Source: Marsupella aquatica
Lineage: Eukaryota; Plantae; Marchantiophyta
DNA: 64,000 nucleotides
Direction: 5' to 3'
Assembly: GCA_973895155.1 (NCBI GenBank)
Contig: OZ316899.1
Coordinates: 7,133,241-7,197,240 of the forward strand
The notes under the pieces were generated by a model that worked only from the letters and a program-made list of their open reading frames with translations, was not told the origin of the DNA and searched no databases. Of the stretch, positions 37,273-49,600 are shown in pieces (position 1 is the stretch's first letter; the number at the start of each line of letters is the position of its first letter). The translations under genes were made by a program, and so were the position numbers.

Positions 37273-40200
37273 CCAAGCAAGCTCCTATCATTCTCAAGCT
37301 GCTCTTTCCGACTCTTCCTCCTCATAGGTCCCAATGTACCCACTTGCCATTTGAATAGGCATCCCCAAAAATGTGCAACTTGATTGACATTGCTCATTCC
37401 CTCCTTATGTTGTTGCTGGGTGTCTACTTCCGCCTGCCGTGTTCACCTTTGCAACTGACAGTCATTGGCTTCTCCTTGCAATTTGTTTGATCAATGTGCG
37501 TGAATGAGCCGTCACTCTTGGTGAACCTCCCTTACCCCCCTCCGGCCTGCCCCTGCCTGACTTGGTCGCTGATTACCTGCAACCACCAATACTTAGCGTA
37601 CCCAAACCCTAATCATGCCCCTTAGTGGTCCTTGCACCTATTACTCCCGGCCTTGGCTCGGGTTTCATGGATATCCTTAATTGTTTACATTTTCTTGTAA
37701 GGGTTTTTGTGTATACCACCCAACTTTACTATTTTACAAGCCCTAGTGATTCCTGGCTAGGCATCACAGGTCTCCAGGAGCATATATGAGGGGAGTGGTG
37801 TCTCCATGGGGGCTAAGGACGAGCCAAAGTTGTGAGTTGCGGTGGTTGCAAGTCGCAGAACTCGACTACCTGAACACTAAGCTCCGGCGTCACTGACTCC
37901 GATGCCAAGCTCCCTTATGGTCCAGGCCCGGATAGGCCAGCCGGGGAGGACTTAGCATGGGGAGACTTGTGGGCAACGAGACGTGGCGCTAGCGAAGGCA
38001 AGGAGCCAAGTTGGTGACACACACTAAGGACTTGGACTAGCTGAGAGCTGGTCGGGTCAAGGGGAAATGGGCCGGGCTCAAGGACGACCATCCAAATCTC
38101 CGGATGGACTTTGCGTTTTGAGGGCTTGAGTGTGAGCTCCTCTTGGGCCCAAGGCCAATGGAGTTGACGCCATGGGCAACAAACGTGTGGGGCGCAAGTT
38201 ATGGCCCAATTCGGGTTGGGCCGATCGGGGGTCCCGAACGGCGATGAGACCTGAGGACCTAGGCATGAGCATTGGGTCGGTCCGATCACAGCGAGCTAAG
38301 GCACTCCGCTTGCGGTGGCCTAATGAGAAAGTTATGGGCTTGCCAGTTGGTGGCGCGCCCATTATGCGCAATAGGATTCGGGTTGGGGGGCAAAATGTTT
38401 AGGGACCAAAGCTGGTCCCGGGGGTGGGAGGTCTACAGAAGCATATATGAGGGGAGTGGTGTCTCCCTGGGGGCTAAGGGCGAGCCGAAGTCGTGAGCCG
38501 CGGTGATCGCGACACTAAGGGAAACCGCCAAACGAAAATGGCGATATCTTCCTAACGGGAAGTCTGTTGGAGGACTTCTTGGATGCATTGGAAAGCTCTT
38601 GCCAAGGGCTACGCCCTCCTGAACTTACCATGGGTTCTTGGGGTTTTCGGGTGTTAACTCGCTCACTTGCCAAATCCTGCCGAACAACAGCCAAGCCGCG
38701 TTCAGTCTCCCAAGGGAGCTTGCATTGGGGAGGCAAGGCCAAGTAGGTGTGGAAGTTGAGTTCCAAGAGTGTCCAGCCCCTAGACCATCAATGAGGCAAA
38801 TTGGGAGTTGGTTGCTAAAGTCAGGGCCATTCTGGTCCCGACGTGTTGGGACAAGCTTTAGGACAAGCTACGTTATTTGGGCCATGAGCATGTCCTGGGG
38901 TCAGGGCGGTCAGTTGGTGATGGATAGGTACGAGGGGGAACCTGGGCCACGCCCAAGGATGGAGTTGTTCTGGACAAACATTGGGCGTGGGTTCTGGTTC
39001 CGGCTTATGGCACCGGGAGGACCTATTGCCGACCTATTTACCAATGTCTGTTGAGCTTGAGTTAGGATGCTAGACTTGGCGAGTTCTAGATCCTGAAGGG
39101 TTACTTACCGAGGTGCTTGGTTGCTTGTGCAGACAATGAAGACCGTTGAGTAGCGGTCGTGTTGGAGAGCAAGTGCGGCTTCGTATGGGAGGGGCCGTTG
39201 GCGGTGCAAGGGGCATTAGGGTGCTTGCTCAAGGTATTCCATGGAGGCATTTGGGCACTAGGGGCATTAGGCGTGAGTGCTAGGATTGGTGAGGGCGCTG
39301 GGTGGCTAGGTCCACCACTTGTGGTATCAGAGCGATTATCGGCATAGACATCGGGCCGAGGTTGTGTTAGGTCGGAAGCCAAAAATCTTAACGGATTTTT
39401 GCAGGGACTTAGTGCTTCAACGTGCCCAGCGGGTTGACTACGGGCAGATTCGGTCACTCGGAGCATGGCTAAAGACACTCGATCAAAGAGTGGCAAATAC
39501 GCTCCCCCTGCCAAGGGGAGAGCCCAAGTTCAAGATGAATAGAAGGAGGATGGGTCGACTTCCCTAGATGAACGTTACAAGCAGGCTGACAAAGACCGTC
39601 GACCGCCGCGGTGAACACATCAAGTGCAGAGCGCCGTTGACTTAAAGGGAAGGAGGTGGCCAATCCTTCAGAGAATGGGTCGGACAATGACGGCTCCGAC
39701 GCGGATGGAAGCGACGACAATGCAAAAGTTGAATTGGAGGAAGAGGGTCAAGACCTAGAGGAGGAACTGATCCTAGCCTTGAGAGGGTTGGATGCAGAAC
39801 CAGAGGATGATGTCAAGCCGGACGTCATTGTGGATAATTTGACCAAGCAAAGCCAGGGCGACACGGGTGATGCCTCAGTCCCGGGAGGTCATGGTGCCCG
39901 CAAGAGGTGGGGGGTGTCACCAAAATCCACAAGAGAAATTAAGGACACGCAGCCCGCAAAGGAAAGACGGTTGGAGGACCGTCCTCATACAACCCGCAAG
40001 GGCCTAGGCGCTGATGACGGTTTGGGTCCATTGACTCAAGACCAATGACTCATTTATGAGCAGTTTGAACACAACAAGGGGGCCCAAATTAAGTACTTAC
40101 TTAGTCTGGGTAGTCAAAGTGCGACGTGTCCCAAGGGGGGAATGGTAGTTGGACGGATAATGTTCCAAGTTGTCACGTCATCGGCTTTGGCCTTAACTCG

Positions 40201-43200
40201 GGCTTCAGCTTAGACGGGCACATCCTTTGTAAATATGAGGGTTCGGGCAGGGAGGGAAGCACGTAATGCACCTAATTCGTGTAAACTAGCGCTAAGTGCG
40301 CCTACTGTTAGATACGGACACCTCCTAGGTATGGTTTGTGTTCCGCCGCCGGAACATACCTTAGTCGATAGCAGGATTGACCCCGGCTTAAGGGCTTCTA
40401 AGCCTTCGTGTTGTCCGCCTTTGATCCGGATTTTATGATACAGGTCCTCAACCCGTGCTCGCAACCACTTACCCGCAAGCTGCACCCCGTGCACGATTTG
40501 GGTAGTGCGTTCGGCCCGACATTGCCACCTATACACGAGATTCACCCATACATATACACGCACAAGCATACAATCTCGATTTACACGAAGGAAATGGTGG
40601 GAAAGGATTTTACTACATAGGGGACATATGCGTACACTTGATTGACCCAACAGCTCTGGAGTGAACAGGTCCAAGACCGAGGGTGTACACTACAACGGAG
40701 CCTGGCTCCGCACTCGCCCAGCGAGCTTAGTCCTACCCCCCTCCCCTTGGTACTCTTCCACTCCCAGAGGTCGGGACTCCTCGCACATACCGCGGATGTC
40801 CAATTTGAGACTAAAAACCCCCCTGCCTCTACCGAGGGGTGCACTAAATACTAAGGGCCGAGGAACAGAGTGTCCTCCCGCCCGAAGATTCGCTGACTTA
40901 GGTCCTAACTAATCTGACTGTCAGGCCAAAAAACGGCTGTGTCTTATTAGAAGATCCTAAACTATGCAGGCTGGACAGCATGGCGGTGCTGTTTTAACTA
41001 GGGCAGGTTCCTGCCCCCATAGCCTGATTTAGCTATTCCTAACCCTATTCTATTCCTACTCCGCCGCTAATGCCTGGCATGCGTGCTAGAGCCGCTCGAG
41101 TGGGAGCGGCCATCCCGTTGCTTACGAAGTTTGTCGTTGTCCGCCTTGAGGAGCTGGACCTGGTCCAGTAGAGATTCGTTCTCTCGCTTCACCGCATCCG
41201 TCTCCTCCGCTGCCTCCTGGCATGCCTCCTCCAGTTGCTGGGCGTCGCTCGTCAGCTTGCCTGCCAGCTGGTCCTGCTTCTCGGCTTCGGTTTGGAGCCG
41301 TGCCACTTTGACCTGTAGCGTGGCTATCTTTGTAGTGTCCCGCTGGGCCCGTTCTTGGCCTCCTCCAGGTCTTTCTGCCAGATGACAATTTGATTATTCA
41401 AACTGTCAATCTGGTTCCGGAGTTGTGCAATCTCGGCCTCGTTCCCAGCTTTGGCCTGATCGGCTAGGGCGGTAAGGGCCTGCGCCTTTGCTAACAACTC
41501 ATCGGCGGCTGCAACTTTGGGTCGTAGTTGCAGAAGCTCAGCCTCTTGAGCCGCAACTTTGTTCTTTAAGTATACGGACTCCACCCGGTACCGCTCTATC
41601 CTCTGAAGGGCCTCTGACTGGGCCCTATGTGACGCCAATGACGTGGTCCTTATTTTGTAATCTGATTAAGTAGGTTGCTGTATGCAAGGAGTAGCTATTG
41701 ATATTGCATAACAATTAGCAAGATGGCAAGAATAAGGGCAATCATGGCGTTAAGAGTAGGGAAATAAAAGCTATGTCGCGGGTGGTCGACGACCATATCT
41801 CTTTCAATATGTCACCAAATCCGGATCTGTAAAGAGCATTGGAAAGATCTGGTCAAGGCGAGTAAAATCGATATAAAACACTCGAGAAACGGAGGTGTAT
41901 TAAGAAAGATACGGCCTGATTAGTGTGACGGGTTAACTTGTGGCCGGAATTAACGGATTCGGCTTCAGTTTCGGGTTAACCACGGCTTAGCTTATGTGAG
42001 CACGGCTTCAGCTTAGCTCAGGTCAGCACGGCTTCAGCTTAGCTTAGGTAAGCACGGCTTCAGCTTAGCTCAGGTAAGAACGGCTTCAGCTTAGCTCAGG
42101 TCAGCACGGCTTCAGCTTAGCTCAGGTCAACACGGCTTCAGCTTAGCTCAGGTCAGCGCGGCCTCAGGTTAGCATAGGTAAGCTCGGATTCGGGCTCAGC
42201 TTAGGCTAGGTTAGCGGATAGCGGGTAGCGGCCTAACCCGAGACCACGGGTTAGCTCTACTCGGGTTAGATAGGATAGCTAGGTTAGCCAAATTCGGGTT
42301 AGCTATGTAACTCGGGTTAGCGCAGCAATGAGTACCCCCTCTCGATTGCGGGGGCATAACTCTCTGTGTATTTGACCAAATCGGCTATAATTGACCTCGT
42401 TGGAAAGAGGAGCTCAAGCCGCTTCCAACGCTGCTATCCACGCAGAAAATGGTTAAATAGAGAAATCGGGAGAGGAGGCGCAAGCTCGCAAAAACTATGG
42501 AGGAGGGCCGAATCCGAAGTACATAGCCAATTCGAGATAGAAATAAAGTTGCGAGTTAGGGTTCAGTAGTTAGAGATAGTGGCGGCTCTGTTAGGGCTGG
42601 GATGGGGCTCCAGCAGCGTAGTATCCACCCATTTGGGCTCAGTATGAGAGTATATAGGGCAGCCCCCGGTAGAGGCAAGGGGGGGGGACTTCAGTTGTGT
42701 GATCTCACTTAGACTGAGCAGCGGGGAGGAGCTCTGTGCAAGCAAGGCTGGACTTGGACGCTGCGTGTTGGGGAGAGCTTGGTTGTGCTATTACTCAGGG
42801 AGTAATCAGCCAAGCTTCACAGCAACGGGTTGCTAGGTTTGCGAGCTAGATTGTGGCTCTTTCTAGTGGGCAGCACAACTGGGTTCTTTTCCCCCGATAC
42901 AGAGCCTTGGTGATAGGTGATGTATTGGTGATTGTAAACTGTGGGGAGGATTTCAATTCGATTTGCGGTGGGCACATTAGGGAGGCTGAGGTCCTGATTA
43001 AGGGGCAGCAGGAGGAGCATTTACAGTTCAGTCTGGCAAGGCTACGTGATCCATGGGGAGTCCCTGCCTTTGTCTGGTGGAGAGCACTAAGGGATCTATG
43101 GCCAGAGCTGAGCTTGCAGGGCAAGCATGAGGCCGGGCCTCATTGCAGTCTGGGGTAGATCGCCGTTAGGCCTGGTACCAGCCTTGAAGTCGAGTCAACT

Positions 43201-44919
43201 ATGCATGCGTAACTTGACGTTCTGAATTGGAGGTGTGAGATCTGTATGTGCCCCCAAGAATGAAGTGCAGTGAAGGAGGTTGAGTTCAGGATTGAGTTTG
43301 CAAGGCAAGTACGGGATTGGTTCGAGTCCAATCTGCCGTCGCAATCTGGAGTGAGCCGGGCTCAGGTTCAGGATTGAGCTTGCATGGCAAGCACGGGGCT
43401 TGCAGGGCAAGCACGTCACAATCTGGAGGAGACAGCCTTCGGCCCTAGTATTCGGATCAAGTGTTCTCAGTGAACTATTGTGCACATCTTTGAATCTAAT
43501 TGAGTTTTCCTCTCAGGCCTCATTTCTCTCATGGATGTGTGTGTGTGTGAGGAAATATGAGTGTATGATGGAACTAGCAGCGCCACTGAGAGGTGTACCG
43601 GGTGCATTGAAGCGGGCTGGGTGAGGACTGTCATAGCTCTGATTGTTGAGAGTGGAATGGCAGAGTGGTGGGGCAATGGCTTAGAAGTCCCTAAGCCGGG
43701 AATCAGTCAGGAGTCACTGGTTTATGGGTACATTCCGGCGGCGGAATAGAAACATACCTATGATAGTAAGCATATGTATAGACCTATTGCGCACCGTAGT
43801 GCTAGGCCCTGTGTGTACGGGCCCGATATGAAGACCCCTTCTCACCAGAACTATCATGAGCGCAGATCTGATCCCCAACCTTGGTTCCTTGGGATTGAGC
43901 TTGGGTGATGTGTGATAGAGTCTTGCTATGATAGTCTGGTGTTAAGGGCATAAACTGGTGTTTATCGGCATTCACAACATCCCTTCGTGATCCTCAGGTA
44001 CAAGGAGATGGTTTTGGCACCCATAGTGACGTTTTTGGTGTTAAGACCCATGTCAATCGCGTGACACCCGACGTGCTTTTACTGCGGCAACCAACTCCTG
44101 ATTGAAGAAACAGGCTACCTTCCGGGCCATGAACTCCCCGGTATCCCGGGAAATTTGATGAGAGAAATCTCCCAGAAGCCCGTTCAGAAATGTACCCGGT
44201 ACGAAGAGTTCCGGGTGGTCCAGGTTGTGCCTGTCCGGAGTTGGGCACGGGAAGACGTCAACACGCGCGGGGGCCGGGGCAGTGACATCCAGCCCTGGGG
44301 ACGTAGTGTTGGAAGGGGTTGGAGTGTCCTCCTGCAGCAATGTCCGGTTCTCCGGAATAGCCACCGGTGGGTCTTTGGGAGACCCGGGCTCGAGTAAGGC
44401 CTCCGCTGTACCGACTTTTGTACTTGGCCCGGCCTGTTGGATCGCATCTACGGTTGCAATAACCGACCCATCCGGTACCTCCTCGGTTACAACTACAGCT
44501 ACTTGTGGAGGTGGGGTGGGTGAAGCCTGCGTGTCCGCTGGACTTCGGGTCTCGGGTTGGGGCCGTCTCTCTAAGGCCGGGAAAACCCACCTAGCTGGGA
44601 CCAGCTTTGTAATGTTGACACGGGGAAGGGTTCGTCGATCGAACCGAGTGTACCACTCAAGAATGATCTCAATGTGGCTAGCAAAATACGCCTTCCCGCC
44701 AATGTATAGCGTCTTTCTTTGCCGCTCCATCTCTTCATGGAATTTCTTAGCGAAGTACGACGCCCACTTCCTAGGTCGATAGTTCTCGACCTGGATAACC
44801 TGGGCAGCGGAGATCTCCCCCCGGGATTTCATCATGTGGAGGGCGTACCTTTGGAACTCCAGTCGCTCAGCTATCTCGGGGATGAGGCAGGTCCTCATCA
44901 CGAACCCGTTGTCCACTGC
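37273..44919. repeat. Segmental duplicate, copy 2
   Basis: Near-identical to 1-7648. Confidence 0.97.
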
Positions 44920-46158
44920 TCCCTCTGAGGGAAAACTCGAGGATTGGTACTTGGCTCCCTTGCCCCCAGGAGCCCGTGATTTGACTTGATGGTCACCTTT
45001 GGGTAACCCGAAGATCATCTTGAGCCGTTCTTCCGTGAGGGACATATTCCTTCCTCGCAGCCAAGTATGTTGACGTGCTTCATCATAATTCTTGATGAAT
45101 TCCGTCATGTCCTCCCCGTAGAACCTGCAAGTGTTCCAGGGGAGAGAGGCAAGGTGCTCAAATCCCTGAGTCTTCAGGTACACCGCATGCTTGGGATGGA
45201 GGATGTTTTTATGCACGTTTTCCCCCATGCGGTGCATTGTCACCTTGGCCACGGCTACCATGGTCAATGGTAACCCGGATGCAGCGGCGGGTTCCTTCCT
45301 CTTCTTCCCCCGTGACTGGCTCGGGGAGGGTGACACCTCCCCATCCTCTCGATCAGGCATAGGTAGTGCTACCGCCCTTAGTATTGGGCCCGGGGCGGCC
45401 ACGGTCACCGTGTTGTCTGCTGGAGCCGCTCCTTGGGTCCGAGCATGGGGAGGGGACGATGTAGTGTCATCCCCCTGAGTGTTTGCTCCTCTGGGCCGCC
45501 TGAGCAAGGGTGGGGTAGCCTCGTTGTCGTCGCTAAGGTCCACAGCATTGATAACGGAGCGTACTTGTACTGGCGGGGTGATCGGCGGTGGGGGTTGGCT
45601 AGGCTGTGGCTGAGACTGAGATTGAAGCTGAGCCTGAGCCTGAGTCTGCGTTGGTGCGAGTACGGGTATGGGGTCGACTGGGCTGGCGCCGGCGGTTGAG
45701 GGTCTAGTTCCCATGAAGCTCTGCAGGTGCTGGTAGAAGTTCTCCCAAGCAAGTGCAGACAACCTTGTCGAACGGGTAGTGCTGGACTCGCTGTTGATGA
45801 TAGCCCGAACCTGAGCAGGGATGTGGTTGAAGTGATGTCGTTGCAAGTCGATCGTACCCGGGATATTGAAGACCTCGTTCGGAAGCCAAAGCAATGCTTC
45901 CCAAAAACCGATATATTTGTCTCCGTTGAAGAAGTACCCAGATACCTCTGCTGGTTGGTAAAGCTCGCTCTGAGATGGGTAGTCAAAGTTAAGGATATAG
46001 TGGTGTCGTCCTGCTAGGCGGATGGCTCTCTCATACTCGCGTTCAATTTCGTATCGGCGGGGGTTGGCGTGTTTCAATGAGTCGGCCAAGTGTCTTCCAA
46101 TAGATAGGAACTGCGTCCAGAATCGAATGGCCGAACTGGAGAGGATCGTGTGCAACAT
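41067..46158 (-). pseudogene. C long ORF, ~880 codons (46158-44067 joined to 41622-41067): TE accessory domain plus coiled coil
   Basis: 701-aa open stretch; upstream TATAAAA at ~46260-46266 (minus); in-frame continuation after D; one frameshift near 41352. Confidence 0.85.
41628..44066 (+). mobile_element. Solo LTR D, copy 2 (26-bp array at ~41999-42207)
   Basis: Same ends and CCCTA/CCCGA TSD as 4356-6795. Confidence 0.85.
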
Positions 46159-46630
46159 TCAGAGGAGATAGCAGCGGCGACTAAGAGCAAACGAGAGAGC
46201 TGGGGTCGAAGCTGGCGCGTGGACTGATGGAGTGGTGCACTACAAAGGGTCGGCTCCCTTTTTATACCTTGAGGGCTTGTCGATCCCCCGATGTCTCCTC
46301 ATTGCCTATAGGCTGAACCGTTCACGCTTGTAGTGTACCGGCCACTCCACCAGTCTGAGTTAGCGCGTGTCAGTGGCCGCTTCCCTAAGTTTGTTATACG
46401 GACCCGAGGGAGGTGCCCCTCCACGCTCGCAACCCGGGCGTGCGAATGGCGACACGCCGCCAGTCCGAACATGAATTCCCCTTATTGACTAATGATTTCC
46501 TACTCATAATGGTTACCTAAATACTGTTGTTATGCTAATAATAGCGGCCTAAGATACCCCTAACGCGCGTGCTAAGCGCGGTCCAGACTGAATTACTCAT
46601 TACTCGCCATACCGGCGGCGTCACACAAGT

Positions 46631-49600
46631 GAACCAACTACCGACTCCTCCAACTTACGACAGGGCCTACCAACAAAGTGGACAAAAGTTCCTAAGTTGG
46701 CTCTCCACAATGGAGATTCATCTCCAAGCGTGCGTTGAGCGTTCCACTTGGGCTACCACAGCCGCTCCTTACCTGAAGGACTATGCCTTGACTTGGTACA
46801 AGTCATGGAAGAAGTTGCGAGAGGACTCCTCCTTGCCATTAACTTGGGAAAACGTGGTTGAGGGACTCCGTGCTCATGTCACCACTAAGTACCCGGGGCG
46901 GCACGCTCAAAAATGTGTAACAAAGATGAGCTTCAAGGGTGATATCCAAAAGTTCATCACTTATTACCAGAACCAGTTGGCGTGTATCCTGGCGGGGCAA
47001 GAGACCCTACATACACAGCTTCACAACTTTATAGTGAAGCTCCAGCCGTTGCTCAGGGAAAAGTTACAGGAAAAGTGTCACGAGTTCAAAACGCTTTCTG
47101 ACGCCTTTGACAAGGCCACTACGTTGGTGAATAACTTGGCAAAGGTGGGTGCCAAGGGATCTGAGGGGTAAGCTGGGAAAGCAAAAAGTCTCAAGAATAA
47201 GCGTAAGCAACCTGAGGGGGTGGGGGCCGGTGGTTTGGATCCCCAGCCCCAGAATGGAGAAGCTAAGCAAAACCGGAAGGCCGACAACTTCAAGAAAGGA
47301 ACCTCATCGCCGCAGAAAGCAAAGAAGTAGGCACTCATGGAGCAAAGGCGGGCTGAAGGTTTGTGCTTCATGTGTGGTGCCATGGGCCATCAAAGTAAGG
47401 ATTGTTCCACGAAAGGCGTCAAGCCAAGCGGAGATAGAGGGCAGAAGAGCATTAAGGTAAGTATTGCTCTAACCAAACCCTTAGTAGCTGACAAGGTCCT
47501 CGTAGGGGATGTTCCTGATGCAAGAGAAGATACCTAAAGTTTAAGACAATGGATCCTGAAAAACTGATTTTTATGAATGTCACTTCTAATGGTAATCTGG
47601 GTGTTTCTTTGGTGGATACAGGTGCGATCGCCTGCTTCATAAGTGGGCAGGCAGCGGCACGTCTTGGGGTGGACGTGCAAGAGTTGCTACAACCGTTAGT
47701 GTGCAAGTTTGCCAACAACACAAAGGGGTTAGTGTCAAGAGTGGTACATAGACTTTGAGTAGAGGTCATAGGCAAACAACAAAATTTTGTTAATCAGGAG
47801 ATGTTCTACGTTCTAGACGGTCTAGCCATAGACTTCATTTTGTTGGTAGGTTATCTCAGAAAGCATAATGTTACCTTGAAACCGGGAGATGAAGTGCTCC
47901 ATTTTCCCAATAAGGGCGGTGAGCCCATCGTTGTACACGAAGTTACCAAAAATAAATTAAAATTTCTCAAAGTAAGTAAAGTGTCGTGGTTGTCTCCGTG
48001 TGTATTGGCAAAGCAATGGTGGAAAGACTTCAAGGGTGGACATGAATGTTTCTTCTTTCATCTCCACCCAATTAAGGAGGCTGCTTCGCAGCCGAAGGTC
48101 AAGTCAGCTAAGGTTGGGCCCGATTGAATTCCTGAAATTTTAGAGGAATTCAATGACGTGCTCTCGCAGAAGCTACCTAAAGGTTTACCCCCGCGGAGAG
48201 AAGAGGATCACCAAGTTGAGTTGGAGCTAGGTTTGGCTCCTCACGCTAAAGCTCCTTATCGTTTGAACCTGAACAAACAAATGATGTTGAAGAACGCCTT
48301 GGAAGAGTTGATCGACCAAGGGTTCATTCGCCCTAGTAAAAGTCCTTATGGGGCGACTGCGCTGTTTGTGTCTAAAAAGGATGGTACTTTGAGATTGTGC
48401 ACAGATTATCGGGCCCTCAATAAGCAGACAGTAAAGAACAAGTACCCGTTACCTCATATGGATGACCTCTTTGATTGCCTCTCCGGGGCTAGGAAGTTTT
48501 CAAAGGTGGACTTGCGGTCTGGGTATTACAAGATCCGCATAGCTAAGGGAGACAAGTATAAGATTGCGATGTGCACAAGGTTCGAATCCTATGAGTTTTT
48601 GGTTATGCCGTTTGGGTTGTGTAATGCAACTACAACCTTCATGACGATGATGAATATCATCGTTCATGACTTGTTGGACCAAGGAGTGGTCGTCTTTATT
48701 GATGACATCCTAATCTACTCAAAAGCATTGGAGGAACATGAGCAATTGCTCAGAGAAGTGTTCTCTCGCCTTCATAAGGCTTGTCTCTTTGCTAAACCTA
48801 GCAAGTACAAGTTTGCAATGAACAAGATTCAGTTCCTGGGCCATACCTTTACCCCGAAAGGGATTACGCCTAGTCAGGACAAGCTTAAGGAGATCAAAGA
48901 ATGGGAGCACCCATCCAATGAGTTGCAGAACTCGACTACCTTAACACTTAGCTTCGGCGTCACTGACTCCGACGCCGAGCTCCCTTATGGTCCAGGCCCG
49001 GATAGGCCATCCGGGGAGGACTTAACATGGGGAGACTTGTGGGCAATGAGACGTGGCACTGGCGAGGCAAGGGGCCAAGCTGGGGACACAAACTAAGGAC
49101 TTGGACTAGCCTATGGCTGGTCGGGTCAAGGGGAAATGGGCTGGGCTCAAGGATGGTCATCTGGACTGTCGGATGGGCTTTGAGTTCTGAGGGCTTGGGA
49201 GTGAGATCCTCTTGGGCCCAAGGCCAATGGAGTTGACGCCATTGGCAACGGACGCTTGGGGCGCAAGTTGTGGCCCGATCCGGGTTGGGCCAATCGGGGG
49301 CCCCGAGCGGCAATCAGACCTGAGGGCCTAGGCATGAGCACTGGGTCGGCCCGGTCACAACGGGCTAAGGCACTCCGCTTGCGGATGCCTATCAAGAAAG
49401 TTATGGGCGTTGCCAGTTGGTGGCACGCCCATTATGCGCGATGGGATCCGGGTTGGGGGCCAAATGTTAGGGACCAAAGCTGGTCCGAGGGTGGCAGGTC
49501 TCCAGAAGCATATATGAGGGGAGTGGTGTCTCCCTGGGGGCTAAGGGCGAGTCGAAGTCGTGAGCCGCGGCGGTCGCGACACTAAGGGAAACCGCCAAAC

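Larger units (their letters stand above)
25583..37668 (-). pseudogene. B1 long ORF (37668-36798 joined to 28547-25583): TE accessory domain plus coiled coil
   Basis: Colinear homology with the B2 ORF; ATG at 37668; shared terminal TGA; several frameshifts and stops. Confidence 0.8.
24675..37768 (-). mobile_element. Element B1: gene-bearing LTR-like unit, 4844 bp net, containing nested B2
   Basis: TGTGGTGC...GCATCACA ends; perfect TSD GGTCT (24670-24674, 37769-37773); no gag/pol; no internal direct terminal repeats. Confidence 0.9.
40171..46625 (-). mobile_element. Element C: gene-bearing solo LTR, ~4010 bp net
   Basis: TGTCACG...GGCGTCACA ends; perfect TSD CAAGT (40166-40170, 46626-46630) splitting gag MFQV|NQLPTPP. 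Confidence 0.92.
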
